From Podarcis filfolensis (lineage: Eukaryota): a stretch of 64,000 nucleotides of DNA. Within the stretch, counting starts at the first letter, position 1, and each line of letters starts with the position of its first letter. Position numbers and translations under genes: made by a program. Of the stretch, positions 23,109 to 35,589 are shown in pieces. The notes beneath the pieces are model-generated. The model was not told where the DNA came from, ran no database searches, and worked only from the letters and a program-made list of their open reading frames with translations. The stretch is taken from the NCBI GenBank assembly GCA_964270895.1, contig OZ185445.1; one strand, given 5' to 3'.

Positions 23109-24441
23109 CATAAAGAAGTCGCTATCTACTTACATTCTCCGAGGACAGTCCTGTGATCTACATTTTTTGTCAGGGCTTCTTTATAGATTGATCTCTGGAA
23201 AATTTAAGGGGAAACAAGCCCCATTGTAATTTTTCATATCTAGGTGGTCACAGAACTGCCTCAGAATCTATCCCTTTAATGCCAGTCATCATTGTGGAAG
23301 ATGGTAGGTATGACTGGTGTGCGTACTGAACACTTAACACTTATCAGACGAAATGCAAATGCTGAAACACCCTCAACTGAAGGAAAATTTCATGCGAGGT
23401 TAATGAATTTTCTGATGAATAATCATCTACCTAAAAAGCTCCTTGAGTGCAATCTTTAATTCATAAGACCACAGACCTTTGCTGTATTATTAGCTTGACT
23501 TGAGTTTATCTTAAGTCAATTTATAGTTTCTAATCTCAGATTTACACTTTTTTTTAACTTCACCCAAAAATTTTACTTGCAGATTCCAAGCTTATCTTAT
23601 CATATGTTCTGTCACTTTTTTTAATCTTCTCACAAAAGTTACATTTAAGCAATCCAAACCAGCTAGGCCACAGATAACAAGCAGCAAGTGGTATTCATTT
23701 TTCAAATTTATTCATACAATCTCCCCACCACCACATGGATATCTTAACTTAGAATGGGGAATGTCAACTCAGAAACTACCCTTTCTTCCCTTTGGGGTCC
23801 CATAGGTTTGCTTCAGGTTATTTTTATGTACACTTACAAAGCATGCAGCTTCATTTAATGCTTAAAAGTACTGTCGAACTGTGGTAATGTCTCTTGCTTG
23901 GATGAAAGGTGTAGAGATGTATTTATAGAAAGCCTTGATTTTTGCATGGCTGGAGAGTAGCCTATTCCCTGCTGTGCTGCCCACTTTTTACCTCATACTC
24001 TACACGCCCTCTGGCATGCGGACCCCAAAAGATTGCTCATGAAGTAATGCTGTTCTTCGGCTGAAAAACACACCTGATGTAAGCACAGAACCAAGACTGT
24101 GCAAGGCTAGGAAGCACCTTAGCTGCATGCCCAAAGTCTTAAATACAAACTATTGTTAAAATGACAATAAAAGCATTTCAAGTTTTAGATGTAAGTTGTA
24201 ATAACCGCTAACTGGAAAGCTTGGTGGCATGCAGTCTGGTGGAGGATAGAGTAGGGTCTGACCCTAGGGTTGCCACCATTGGTTGGGCAAAATACGGGAC
24301 AAGTTGGGGGAGTGGGGATTGGGGAGAACACTCATGAACCCAAATCCCCCCTTTGTGGAGGGGGTTCCCTCCATTCGGCCTTTGTCTCCCTCACCTCCCC
24401 AGCCCCACTCTTCCCCTAAACTAATGTAGACGGGCACTTCT

Positions 24442-24865
24442 ATAATAATAATAATATAATAATAATAATTTATTATTTATACCCTGCCCATCTGGCTGGG
24501 TTTCCCCAGCCACTCTGGGCGGCTTCCAACTGAATATTAAAAACAATGCAGCATCAGACATTAAAAACGTCCCTAAACAGGGCTGTCTTAAGTTGTCTTT
24601 TAAAAGTAAAATAGTTGTTTACTGCCTTGACATCTGCTGGGAGGGCGTTCCACAGGGCAGGCGCCACTACCGAGAAGGCCCTCTGCCTGGTTCCCTGTAA
24701 CCTCACTTCTCGCAGGGAGGGAACCGCCAGAAGGCCCTCAGCACTGGACCTCAGTGTCCAGGCTGGATGATGGGGGTGGAGATGCTCCTTCAGGTATACT
24801 GGACCGAGGCCATTTAGGGCTTTAAAGGTCAGCACCAACACTTTGAATTGTGCTCGGAAGTGTAC
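24442..24865 (-). mobile_element. L2 LINE 3' fragment
   Basis: LVLTFKALNGLGPVYLKEHL...RAFSVVAPALWNALP; (TTA)n tail. Confidence 0.92.
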
Positions 24866-25829
24866 TATCTATAAATGCACCAGAAGCACCTACATAGGTA
24901 AGAATGGTCCTGGTTTTGAATGCATTTATCTAGAATAACTTCTATCTCTTCGTTATTGGATGTAAAGCATCACTGGATGAAAGTTAGATTCATGGCTTCC
25001 AATTTTGCCAAATTATAGGGCTTTGTTTTGTTTTTTTAAGTTGAGCGCCTATGGCTTCCAAAAAGGGAGGATGTATTATCTGCTTCCGATACAGACGATG
25101 TCAAAAACAGCGCATGTATCTCTGATGCCAGTAGAATTTTAAGTACATAGTGGAGAAAGAATTGTCTATTAATGACTTCTTCAGTTTAATAGAAGATAGC
25201 AGCAACAACTACCATCATCATTATATTTTCAGAACTTGGGAGTGCGTTTTACAATTTAATAGCACATCTGTCTAGATCCCTAACACAGAATTTCACACAT
25301 GAACGGATCCTCGTTTTAAAATTGGCATGTGCAGTCCACGTCTTCCAGAAGCAAGCGTAATTGTCACCAGCATTTTGAAATTGTCTCTCCAGTTCTTATT
25401 CGGCTTTGCTAATGAAAAGATTAGGCTTTATTGTCTTGCAATCAGATAAGCCATGTACGAAACTAATGTCAAGGATCTGACTCAGTGACTGAGAAAATCA
25501 GGGAGCAGAGCAGACAAAGTATGTAAACTACGCTAGATGAGAACTGGGAGTGAAACTATCCCCTTAGCAGATGGAAGCCACGCTAACCGACAGAAAGACA
25601 GCTAGCGCTAGTACATAATTCCCCTCATCATAATTGACGAGTACAAATTCTGTTGTTTTATTTCTGATCCATAAAGCTAGGTTCACAAAGAGGTGTGAGT
25701 TGTTTAAAATGTAAAACACAATTTAACGTGGCATGAATGCAAACCTTGGTTTTAAAAAAAGAATAACAGCAGCTGACCAACACTTTGAATAGATTCAACA
25801 TGCTTTCCATTTACATCTGCGGCTTTCTC

Positions 25830-26484
25830 CCGACCATTCTCCCCCTCTCTGCGCAGCACCCCTTCAGCGAAGCAGCAGGAGAAATGGAATGGGCTCCATT
25901 TCTCCTGCCGCTTCACTGAAGGGGCGTTGAGCAGAGAGGGGGAGAATTTTTTTTCTTGTTCTCCCCCTCTAAAACAAGGTGCGTTCAAGGTGCATTCAGT
26001 CGCCTTCAGTGAAGGCAACCCAAAGCCTCAGGAGTGCGGCGGGAGTTCCCGCTGTGCTCTGGAGACTTCGGGTTCCTTTCGACCTGCTCTTTGGGGCTGG
26101 TGGGGGGAACCGCTGTGCTCCGCAGGCTTCGGTCTCCTTTTGCTGAAGCCAGGAGAGTCTTGCTCTCCCGGCTTCAGCAAAAGGAACCTGAAGCCTGCGG
26201 AGCGCAGCGGGAACTTGTGCTGCGCTCCGAAGACTTCAGGTGGCTATCCCTGAAGCCTGGAGAGCAAGAGGGGTCGGTGCACACCAACCCCTCTCGCTCT
26301 CCAGGCTTCAGCGAAAGCAACGCAAAGCCTCTGGAGCACGGAGGGAACGCTCCCTCTGCACTTTGGAGGCTTTGCGTTGCTATCGCTGAAGCCAAGGAGC
26401 CTGCATTCGCTCCATAGGACGCACACACATTTCCCCTTAATTTTGGGAGGGGAAAAAGTGCGTCCTATAGAGCGAAAAATATGG
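25830..26484. mobile_element. Non-autonomous Tc2/pogo-like DNA transposon, one terminus visible, interior made of tandem hairpins
   Basis: Terminus GTGCGTCCTATAGAGCGAAAAATATGG|TA with subterminal inverted copy TTCGCTCCATAGGACGCAC; GC- and CpG-rich palindromic interior; left boundary uncertain. Confidence 0.75.
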
Positions 26485-27483
26485 TAATTTTTCCTCTGGC
26501 ATTTTGTAGTTTTTAGTCACCTCCCACTTCCTTCTTCTGGAAGCCTCACTCTTGACTGTTTCATCTTCTTTTTCAATCTTTGCCCTTAACCTGCCAAGTA
26601 CCCAAAGCTTCCCCTGCCCTATAGGTGGTCTTTCAGGAAGAAAGACCCATCTCAGCTGTGTGGATTGGAGTCTTGTTCATTCTGCATATCAATGCCACCT
26701 TACCATTTCTTCCCAATATGCTCTTCCACCTCCCCTCTCATCATTCTCCTGGCCACAAGCCCACTCCCATCACCAAAGTGGTGAGGCAAAGCCAAACAGT
26801 TCCCATGCAGGCAACTCCAGCTGAGCATACTTTAGTATGTAAGGCAGCTGCTATGTCCAAGGACAAACCAATAGGATGGAAGAATTGTGTTGTTTTTCTC
26901 TTGTTTGCCCCACACCCTTTGTTTTAGACAAGGAAAAATAAATGGATACTTATTAAGTTCCTCTCCCAGTGGTGGTGGCAGCAGCAGTGGTGACATGAAG
27001 GGAGGGGGAGAGAAGAGAATAATTCTTCCCTGGCTCAGATTTTTATCCGAGCTCCATTTCTGTAGCCTGCCTTTCATTTAAGGCAGGTTTTTTTATTAGC
27101 CTCCAAAGTTCTTATCTGAACTTAACTCAGGAGGAATTCACCAGCATCTCTAGTTACCGTAGTTTGATTTACATTAACTTTTCGGAACTCCATCTCAGAT
27201 TGTTTCTTGTGGTCATCATTCTCAGCAGTGTCTTAATGACTATTTGGCCAGAAATCTCTGCTGGATGATGCAATGCTATTTATTTATTTATTTATTTATT
27301 TAAGCTCCATGGTTATAGCAAGCAAATTTGCATGGGATGAAGCTTGAACCGATCATGAGTCCTGCTTATTTTAATGGATTCTGCTCTTGAGAATCTTGCT
27401 TATCAAGTCATGCCTCATTACCTTGACAGAAATGTCACTCACACACTTACATTTACAGCCTCATTTTATTATTTTCCACACAG

Positions 27484-27605
27484 AAATGAAACTGGCAATT
27501 TTACAGACGATGAAGATACAGTTTTTAAAGCTGGAAATGCCTTTCCTTGGCCCTCCAACATACATTACTGAGAAGACACAGTCACTTTGTCTTCCTAGTG
27601 TGTGA
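27484..27605 (+). CDS. Candidate terminal coding exon (E)MKLAILQTMKIQFLKLEMPFLGPPTYITEKTQSLCLPSV*; alternative frame (R)NETGNFTDDEDTVFKAGNAFPWPSNIHY* ends at 27571
   Basis: Strong acceptor CATTTTATTATTTTCCACACAG| with branch-like CACTTAC upstream; two frames are open, each compatible with a different upstream candidate exon. Confidence 0.4.
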
Positions 27606-30600
27606 AATAGTGTCTGAGAAAAAGAGGGGATTTTCAAATGTCAACGTAAAGAGGCTTTGGGAAAAAAAACATTTTGGTTGCTGCAGCTTTAGTTTCCATT
27701 TGTACTTGTATTGCCTCCAAAAATATCCCAGACGGACCCAATGTGATAAAAATTCTTTGAGTTTCAAGATGACAAGCTTTCTCCTCCAAGGCAAAAAAAG
27801 AAAAGAAAAACTTAAAGTTTTCTTGGAGTGGTATATATACTGGACACAGTTTCTTTTCTCTTTTTTTATTACATCCTGTTGAATACAGTAGAAAGGAGAT
27901 GAGTTGCAATCTTACCTAGGGAATAGTTAAAGATGATACTCTTTTAAGGTTTTGCAAGAATACCACCATTATACAGGAAATAGTACAAGTGACCTTGTTG
28001 GAGACTACTACATGCCCCAGAATCATGTGTTTAACTCAGCCAAGCTACTCCCCAGTTCTCAGAATTTCTGCTACTGTTAAGAGCACTACTTTCAATACTG
28101 AGAGTGTCCTGCTGCTTCCATGGAAACTGTTGCAATTGTGAGATTTGGTCTTCATTTTTTGCTGTGTGAGGTCTACCAAGCAGCTAGCTTACACTGCTGG
28201 TATTGCAAGGTGGATGAATTTCCTATCAATAATTCGGTTCTGTGATTCTGGGAAGCCAAGCGCCTGGTATTTCCCTTATAACACCTCCAGCAAATGAGGT
28301 GTGTTGCCTGTGTGTATGTGTACACATGTCTTCCAGAAGGGAAATGGTTTTCCTGAGTTTATCTTTGTACCAAAATGTAAAATGTTCTTTCAATACAAAC
28401 TTCAACCTGCTCATTCACAATTACTCATCTGGAATGATATTCACAGTCATTCCATCAGACAGAATATCCATTTGATCCATGCAAATGCCTAATGAGTACA
28501 GGGCATCCACACTTCCCACTTTTCCCGCTCTGTAATCACTCTGATGCTTAATTTAACCATTAAACAAAACCCAAGCGCATGCAAATGATGAAATGTTTTT
28601 AGATCATTTAATATATTACAACATTGTGATAGGCTATTAAAGGGGATAATCCATCAGGGCCATCAGATTCTTGTATACAGCCTTTAATTTGAAAATATAT
28701 TATTGAGCCCAAAAAGTTATCTTTTTAACAGCCTTTCAAGGTTTTATGCAAGCCTTCCGAACCTGGCACCCTCCAGAAATTTTGGACCACAACTCCCATC
28801 AGCTGTATCCAGGTGGTACCAGGTTGTGGGAGGTTGTTTTGTTATATCAAATCTGATTTTGGCTTACATAAAAAGTGGGGGAGATTCCAAGGGAGGATTC
28901 TATTTTGGGGAAAGCACCTATGCTACTGTTCCCATAAATTAGAGTGCAGATAAATTGTTAGGTTTCAGGTGGCAAGATGTCTTGAGCCAAATTGGTTGCT
29001 CTCTTGGTGCATACTCACTTTATAGAGGGAGAGATTAGTTTGCTTCTTTTCAAATATCATAAGATGGAAGCCCAAGGTAGAATTAGATGGTGTAACAAAG
29101 TTCCCAAAGTAAGTTACATGGAATCATCAAAAGAATGCTTTGGGACCCAACTTTGCAGTTATTTTAATTAAATTTCCTAAAGATAGCACCGAAGAGGTCA
29201 AGTATCGAGACATTTAATTACAATATCCGCCCACCTATACCTGTGATAAAACGTAGCTTTAAATGTCGCCAAGGAAATTACAGAGGAGTCAGCTGAATAC
29301 AATAGCTTGCAAATGGCACTAATGAAAGATTCAATCTGCTTGAAGACAGGAGGTTATGCACAGACATCTGCTCGTGTATCTCTCTTTTCTGTTAACATGC
29401 AAAATACAAGGGATCTAAGAGGCTTCAATATTTCTTGGGTATTTTATATAAAAAGCCATTTATCTCAGAATAAAAGATCACTGTACTTGAACGCATCAGC
29501 TTTCTGCCAGCTCTAACAAATGCTAATCTTCAGTCAGTTTGATGCAAACAATAATGTTAGTTTAATGCCACAATGAGTGGCTGAAATCAGTTCTTTTGTG
29601 AGCCCTGTTCCCTTGTTGGGGCCTATGTGTTTATCAGCATGTGAAGCTGTGCATCCAACCAGCCCCATGCATTGATAGAAAGGGCTCAAGCCTTTAGGTG
29701 TACAGCTGTATGTACAAAGGCATCCATGTGATCAGGAGTCCCAATCACACAGGGTCATGCCTACCACTGCACACTCAAAGCTTTCCCCTTTGGTGATATC
29801 CATGTTAATGCAAAAATGTAGGAGGTGGGGCCAGCAGAATGAGCAATGTCACAAGCAAGACTAACTGGCTGGCAAGTTCTACTGAATTAACAGGCTTTGA
29901 TGACAGAGGTGTGCTATGCTCCCCCAAAATGGGGAAACCATATTAGATGGTTAGGATGATCTGATTCACTACATGCTCTATTCTCAACAGAGAGACCAAA
30001 GGCTCCTCCTTTCTACTGTCTTTTTTTAATATTTGAAAAATATGTCACCTTCTTTATCTTGCTCTCCCTATGCTAAACATATGCAATTCCATGTCTTTTC
30101 TCAAATAATGTTCCATCTTAGCTTTTTAACAACTCTGTTGCTTCATCCTTCCCAGTTTATCAGCATTCTTCTGTATTCCAGCACTGAGGAGCATTGCACT
30201 ATAGTTTTCTACATCTCTGAAACAATGCTCAGGTTATTTGAGGCCAGGGAAACTGTAATCCTTTTTTAACTCAACAGGTGATTACCTCTCTCAGTGGTGG
30301 CCTACAGTTTAGTGTGGAACTTGTACCACCCAGATAATCATCTTTATAGCACCCTTAAAATAAATACATAGAAAATGTTAAATTCCGAATGACTTTATTT
30401 CTGATTTGTTTTTTAAAGTTCTTTTTCTTTCCTATATTATTTTTTTAAAAAATGTAGGCTAATAGTGGCAAGTGATTATATTAAGTTGTGTAAAGCTGTG
30501 AATGTTGCAAATATTTTATGGTGCTTTGGAAAGTGCCAGGAGACAGGTGAGCACTATATACACAAATTATTACTGTTTATCATTTTTATTATTGACATTC

Positions 30601-30806
30601 ACATATATTTATTTGACCTTGAGATAAATGTGGTATGTTAGAAAGTGCCTAATGTCATTTTACATACAGTGCTGCTTTATAAAAATAAAGATATAAAAAT
30701 AGAAAGAGAGAAGACAAAAAAAAAGTCTGGGCTTAGAGCATGTGTGTGATCATGGCTGAGACCCAATGAAAATGATAATGTTTCACATCTAACTGAGAGG
30801 TAAGAA

Positions 30807-30955
30807 CAGTGTTTTTTTCTGGGGGGACGCAGGGGTACGCATATCCCTAAAAAATTTGTGAATCTAAATTAGAACTCATTGAGGGGCAGTATTTCAATAT
30901 GAGTAGGAAAATGAGAGTACCCCCTAAACATTTTTTTTAAAGAAAATAAGCACTG
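30807..30955. mobile_element. hAT-like MITE
   Basis: Termini CAGTGTTTTTTT ... AAATAAGCACTG; degenerate 8-bp TSD GGTAAGAA/GGTAGGGA; second copy at 39596. Confidence 0.82.
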
Positions 30956-30957
30956 GG

Positions 30958-31395
30958 TAGGGATGAATGCATCTGTCAATTTCAGTTTCCTTCTGTTTCT
31001 CATTTTTCCAGTTTGAAGTTCATTCCTTCACATTTCCACATCAGATTGTGGGGTTTTTAAAAGATCTCATGAAAAATTGCCAGTGTTTTAGTGCAAATTC
31101 CTCCTAAGGTACCAATTTTGTGTATGCATTTTTGCCTAACATACATAATTTTGCAAAGCATTTTCCCCTAATAAAAAACATTTTTAAAAAATCTTGTTTT
31201 TACTAATATGTGCATTTTTAGTGCATACTTTACCCTAACATATGCATTTTTGTACACATTTTGGGTTGGAGAACTGCATTGCAAAATTCAGAGAAGTACG
31301 GATTTCAAAGGAGGTCAGTTTCTTACTTCACATGATCATTGGGAAAGTATGAATCAGGTAGGTTTGTCTTGAAATATGAAATGAATCTAATTTCT
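30958..31395. mobile_element. Unclassified AT-rich interspersed repeat (probably non-autonomous DNA element)
   Basis: Block GAACTGCATTGCAAAATTCAGAGAAGT.C.GATTT recurs at about 46690-46730, with a related segment at about 41750-41780. Confidence 0.6.
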
Positions 31396-31968
31396 CTCCC
31401 ACCTGTGCTGGTAGGTGATTCACAGTGTTGCTCTGCAACATTAGCTCTGTTTCATTCCAACTAATTTTCCCAGAGGGGGTTTTCAGTTGTCAAGGTTTGA
31501 AGAGGTATGATTATCAAAACAAATCTCACTTCAAACGTAGGGCACTTCAGGGAAACCCCTTCTCCCACACCAATCTCACACTTGTACAAGAACTTCTAAA
31601 TATTGTAAGTGGGAATTAATTCATTTGGCCACATTTGCAAACACCTCTTTTCCTACCGAGTGAGCAGCATAACAGTTCAAAATGTCATGCTCTCTCTGCT
31701 TCAGTGACTCTCTCCGCCCTGTGTTTTAGCTCCCACTTGAGGCATGGTGTAAATGTTTTATGAGGCTTGGGTTACTGGATTTCAGCACCATTGACCTGTG
31801 TGGCATCGGTAGTCTCTGCATTAAAGGTTGAATGAACAGATGAGTGACTGAGCCATCAGGCTTTGCTGGAATTATTTGCATCTTGATGACACAGAAGAAG
31901 GTCACATGGTGATGTTTGAAGGCTAGAAGGTAAAGGGGGCCAACTGAGTGCATAAGCCTAAGTATATT

Positions 31969-32317
31969 TAAGGTAAAGGGACCCCTGATCATTAGGTCCA
32001 GTCGTGACCGACTCTGGGGTTGCGGCGCTCATCTCACTTTATTGGCCTAGGGAGCCGGCGTACAGCTTCCGGGTCATGTGGCCAGCATGACTAAGCCGCT
32101 TCTGGTGAACCAGAGCAGCGCATGGAAACGCCATTTACCTTCCTGCTGGAGCGGTACCTATTTATCTACTTGCACTGGCGTGCTTTCGTACTGCTAGGTG
32201 GGCAGGAGCTGGGACCGAACAATGGGAGCTCGCCCCGTCGCAGGGATTTGAACTGCCGACCTTCTGATCGGCAAGCCCTAGGCTCTGTGGTTTAACCCAC
32301 AGCGCCACCTGTGTCCC
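31969..32317 (-). mobile_element. Sauria SINE
   Basis: Reverse complement of the full SINE from AAGGTAAAGGGACCCCTG to CCACAGCGCCACCTGTGTCCC. Confidence 0.95.
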
Positions 32318-32899
32318 GTACTCAGAAGTAAATATGGGCATAGAAATGGAACGTCTCTGTGATGGGGACTACTCTTTGGAAGGGGGTAACCACAGTAAGA
32401 TGCTTCCAGAGACTCTTAAAAACTCAGGTTTGGCATTGTTTATTGTTTACTGTTGATTTCATTTAGATTTTATATGTTTCTTGACATTTCAGTGTTAGAA
32501 TTTTCTGTTATTCTGTTAACCATTTTGGGATACTTGGATGCGAAGCAGTCCATACATGAGTTTGATAGATAAAAGTGCTGCTCAGCTCAAGGAGATTTGA
32601 TCCCTAGGAGGAGTTGCTGTTGTTCTTGTATTAAGCACCCTCTAAACAACCATCCCAATATCCTCAGTGGAGAGGCTATGTTAAATAATATGTTTGAATG
32701 TGTACGTTTATATCTAGAGTCAATGGATAAAACTAACACCATTAGATGTACTGAGGGATAAGTGTTAAATGGTTTTTGTATTTGTTTAAAAACAAATAAA
32801 AATGGTAAAAGAGTCCTGTTTACTTCTGAGTAGAAATGGTTATGGTTGCACTGTAATTTAGTTCCCTGTACTTCCCCATGAATTAATTGGATTTTAGTA

Positions 32900-33149
32900 C
32901 AGTCGTACCTTGGAAGTCGAACAGAATCCATTCCAGAAGTCTGTTTGACTTCCAAAAGATTTGGAAAACAAAGTGTGGCTTCTGATCAGCTGCAGTAAGC
33001 TCCTGCAGCCAATCAGAAGCCATGGAAACCCCATTGGATGTTTTGGTTCCAAAGAACGTTTGCAAACCGGAACACTCACTTCCAGGTTTGCAGTGTTTGG
33101 GAGCCAAAATGTCCCAGTACCAAGACGTTCAGGAGCCAAGGTACAACTG
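32900..33149. mobile_element. Tigger-like MITE (second subfamily)
   Basis: TA|CAGTCGTACCTTGG ... CCAAGGTACAACTG|TA. Confidence 0.87.
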
Positions 33150-33725
33150 TATTGTCAAAACTAACTTATCCCATTGATTTCAATGGGAGTCTAGTGCAAC
33201 TAACCTTAGCCTGAATACAACCCAAAAGCTTTCCCCTCATTTCAAATTTCACCTGTCATTTACAGATGCAGTATAAATCAAACATTCTCCCTTGCTCATG
33301 AACAGTGTCTTTGCACACTGTGCTGCTATCTGTATGCGGCAATTGATACCAAAACTGATAAATAGCAACAGTGAATGAGAAAAGTAGTCTCCTGGCAATG
33401 GAAAATATCCTTCCCAATTACAGTAAGTTTTCAAGAAAACAGCTCTTTTTGAATGATGGAGCAAGATGTTGAACACACAACAGTTTCCTTTCATATCTTA
33501 ATGCTAGCAGTGTCATTCCACAGCTTGCAAGAGTAGTGTTAGGAAATTCATTTGAACTAATTCTTTGCTAGCAATGGACAGGGCAATGAAGTAGATTTGG
33601 CAGATGGGTGAGTGGAGGAATGTGAACTAAGTTGGGAATTCCAAGCAGTGCTGTGCCCAAACCTGCCCTCTGATTTCTCAAAAATAGTCTTCACCTCCAA
33701 AAGAGGCTTCCATTTTTTCTGCTTC

Positions 33726-34231
33726 AGACAGCATCTTAAAAAGCAGAGACATCACTTTGCCAACAAAGGTCTGTATAGTTAAAGCTATGGTTTTCCCAGT
33801 AGTGATGTATGGAAGTGAGAGCTGGACCGTAAAGAAGCCTGATCACTGAAGAATTGATGCTTTTGAATTATGGTGCTGGAGGAGACTCTTGAGAGTCCCG
33901 TGGACTGCAAGAAGATCAAACCTGTCCATTCTTAAGGAAATCAGCCCTGAGTGCTCACTGGAAGGACATATCGTGAAGCTGAGGCTCCAATACCTTGGCC
34001 ACCTCATGAGAAGACTCGACTCCCTGGAAAAGACCCTGATGTTGGGAAAGATGGAGGGCACAAGGAGAAGGGGACGACAGAGGACGAGATGGTTGGACAC
34101 TGTTCTCGAAGCTACCAACATGAGTTTGACCAAACTGCAGGAGGCAGTGGAAGACAGGAGTGCCTGGCGTGCTCTGGTCCATGGGGTCATGAAGAGTTGG
34201 ACACGACTAAATGACTAAACAGCAACAACAA
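33726..34231 (+). mobile_element. BovB LINE 3' end
   Basis: Translation RVPWTARRSNLSILKEISPECSLEG...GKMEGTRRRGRQRTRWLD...WRALVHGVMKSWTRLND*, then CAA-type tail. Confidence 0.96.
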
Positions 34232-35589
34232 ATGTGACTCTGCCTCTCTATTTCCTGCAATAGACCATTCTTGCCTCATCTTGACCCCACCACATGACAG
34301 AAACAGTCATGTCAACAACAACAACAGTGTGCTTCAGAAATCATTTATACATTTAGTGAGTGTGTGATTAAGCTTAAATTGCTCTAGCTGACGATGGTTT
34401 TTGTGCTTCCCTATTAAACATCTCTCAAAAACTTTGCAGCCTCCCCGCCTCTTAAAGAAATGCCTCGGGAATTATATCATGATGTCTTCCCCTTAGGTTT
34501 GTCTCTGAAGGGTCCCACAATGCCCTGGAATTTGGACAAAGCACACACACCCCTTTTTGCTTGAATGCAGTATTTAGCTGCTTGAAATGATTCTGGTACA
34601 TTCAGTTTAGCCATTCCTGTTGTTATCTTGAGATGACTTGCCTTGATACAAGCCACTGGCTGTCACTAGTTGAGATTATCAGCTCCCCCTAGGGAGCTCC
34701 TCTGCTCTTCTCATCTTCAGTGCACTGTAGTAAAGTCTTAGGGAATGACTTAAAACAGTCACACTTTACTTTAATGGTACATTAAATTAATGTTGAATTA
34801 CAGCAAATCTCTTACGGAAGTATGTATGATATCCACATTAATTCCAAATGAATTCATTATGATTAGTGCAATTACCATGAATGCCAATGAGTTAAGAAGG
34901 ACATGACACTTTGAAAAAATGTTGCCATTAAAACTTAAAGAACACATTGGGTGGAATACATTTTCCAAGCTATTTCTGAGCTTTAGCTTTTAGTTCAGAC
35001 TGATTAATATGCATCATGGAGATATATGAATATTTTAAACACCGTGCAACCCTCACTCCCCAGAAATGCTTCATAATGGCTTTGCGTGTATTCTTCATTA
35101 CAGCTTTCTAAACTTACCCAGACAAGGATATACAGGTTGTCTTCCACACTGCTCTTTTCTATTATACGTGTTGAGTACAGAGATTAGGGTAGACATTAAA
35201 ATCCCATGCCCTTGTCATCTAGCGTTCCCTGAGACACTGATGAGGATGGCTGTCTTAGTTGCTACTCCCTGAAGGCCTGGTATATACAGCTTTAGTGAAA
35301 GTCACAAATGTCCAGACACACTCTTTTGCTTGCCTGTGTTGGGAAATAAGGAGTGTTGTGTAGCCATGTCCACAACACCCCTCATTAGTATATGCTTCCT
35401 GGAAGGTTATCCATGAGGGAACATGACCCTTGGGCTGAAAAGGGTCCCCTGCCCTGCTGTTGAATACAGTAACACCTCTGGGATTAATCTCTTTCCTCTC
35501 CTCTCTCTCTCATTCTCTCTCTCTCACACACACATCTGTTTGTTATTTCTAAAAGCAAATTATATTAAAAGTCTCATTTCACAAAGAAC

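Noticed and set aside
25752-26428. Cluster of six overlapping ORFs as a gene
   Set aside because: GC-rich palindromic transposon interior depletes stop codons on both strands; no recognisable domain.
31781-31801. REST/NRSF RE1 site
   Set aside because: The left half TTCAGCACC matches, but the right half (ATTGACCT rather than ACGGACAG) is too divergent.
33266-33422. Exon with good splice signals (TTACAG| ... ACA|GTAAGT)
   Set aside because: Stops in all three frames. It shows that pseudo-exons occur here and tempers confidence in the gene model.
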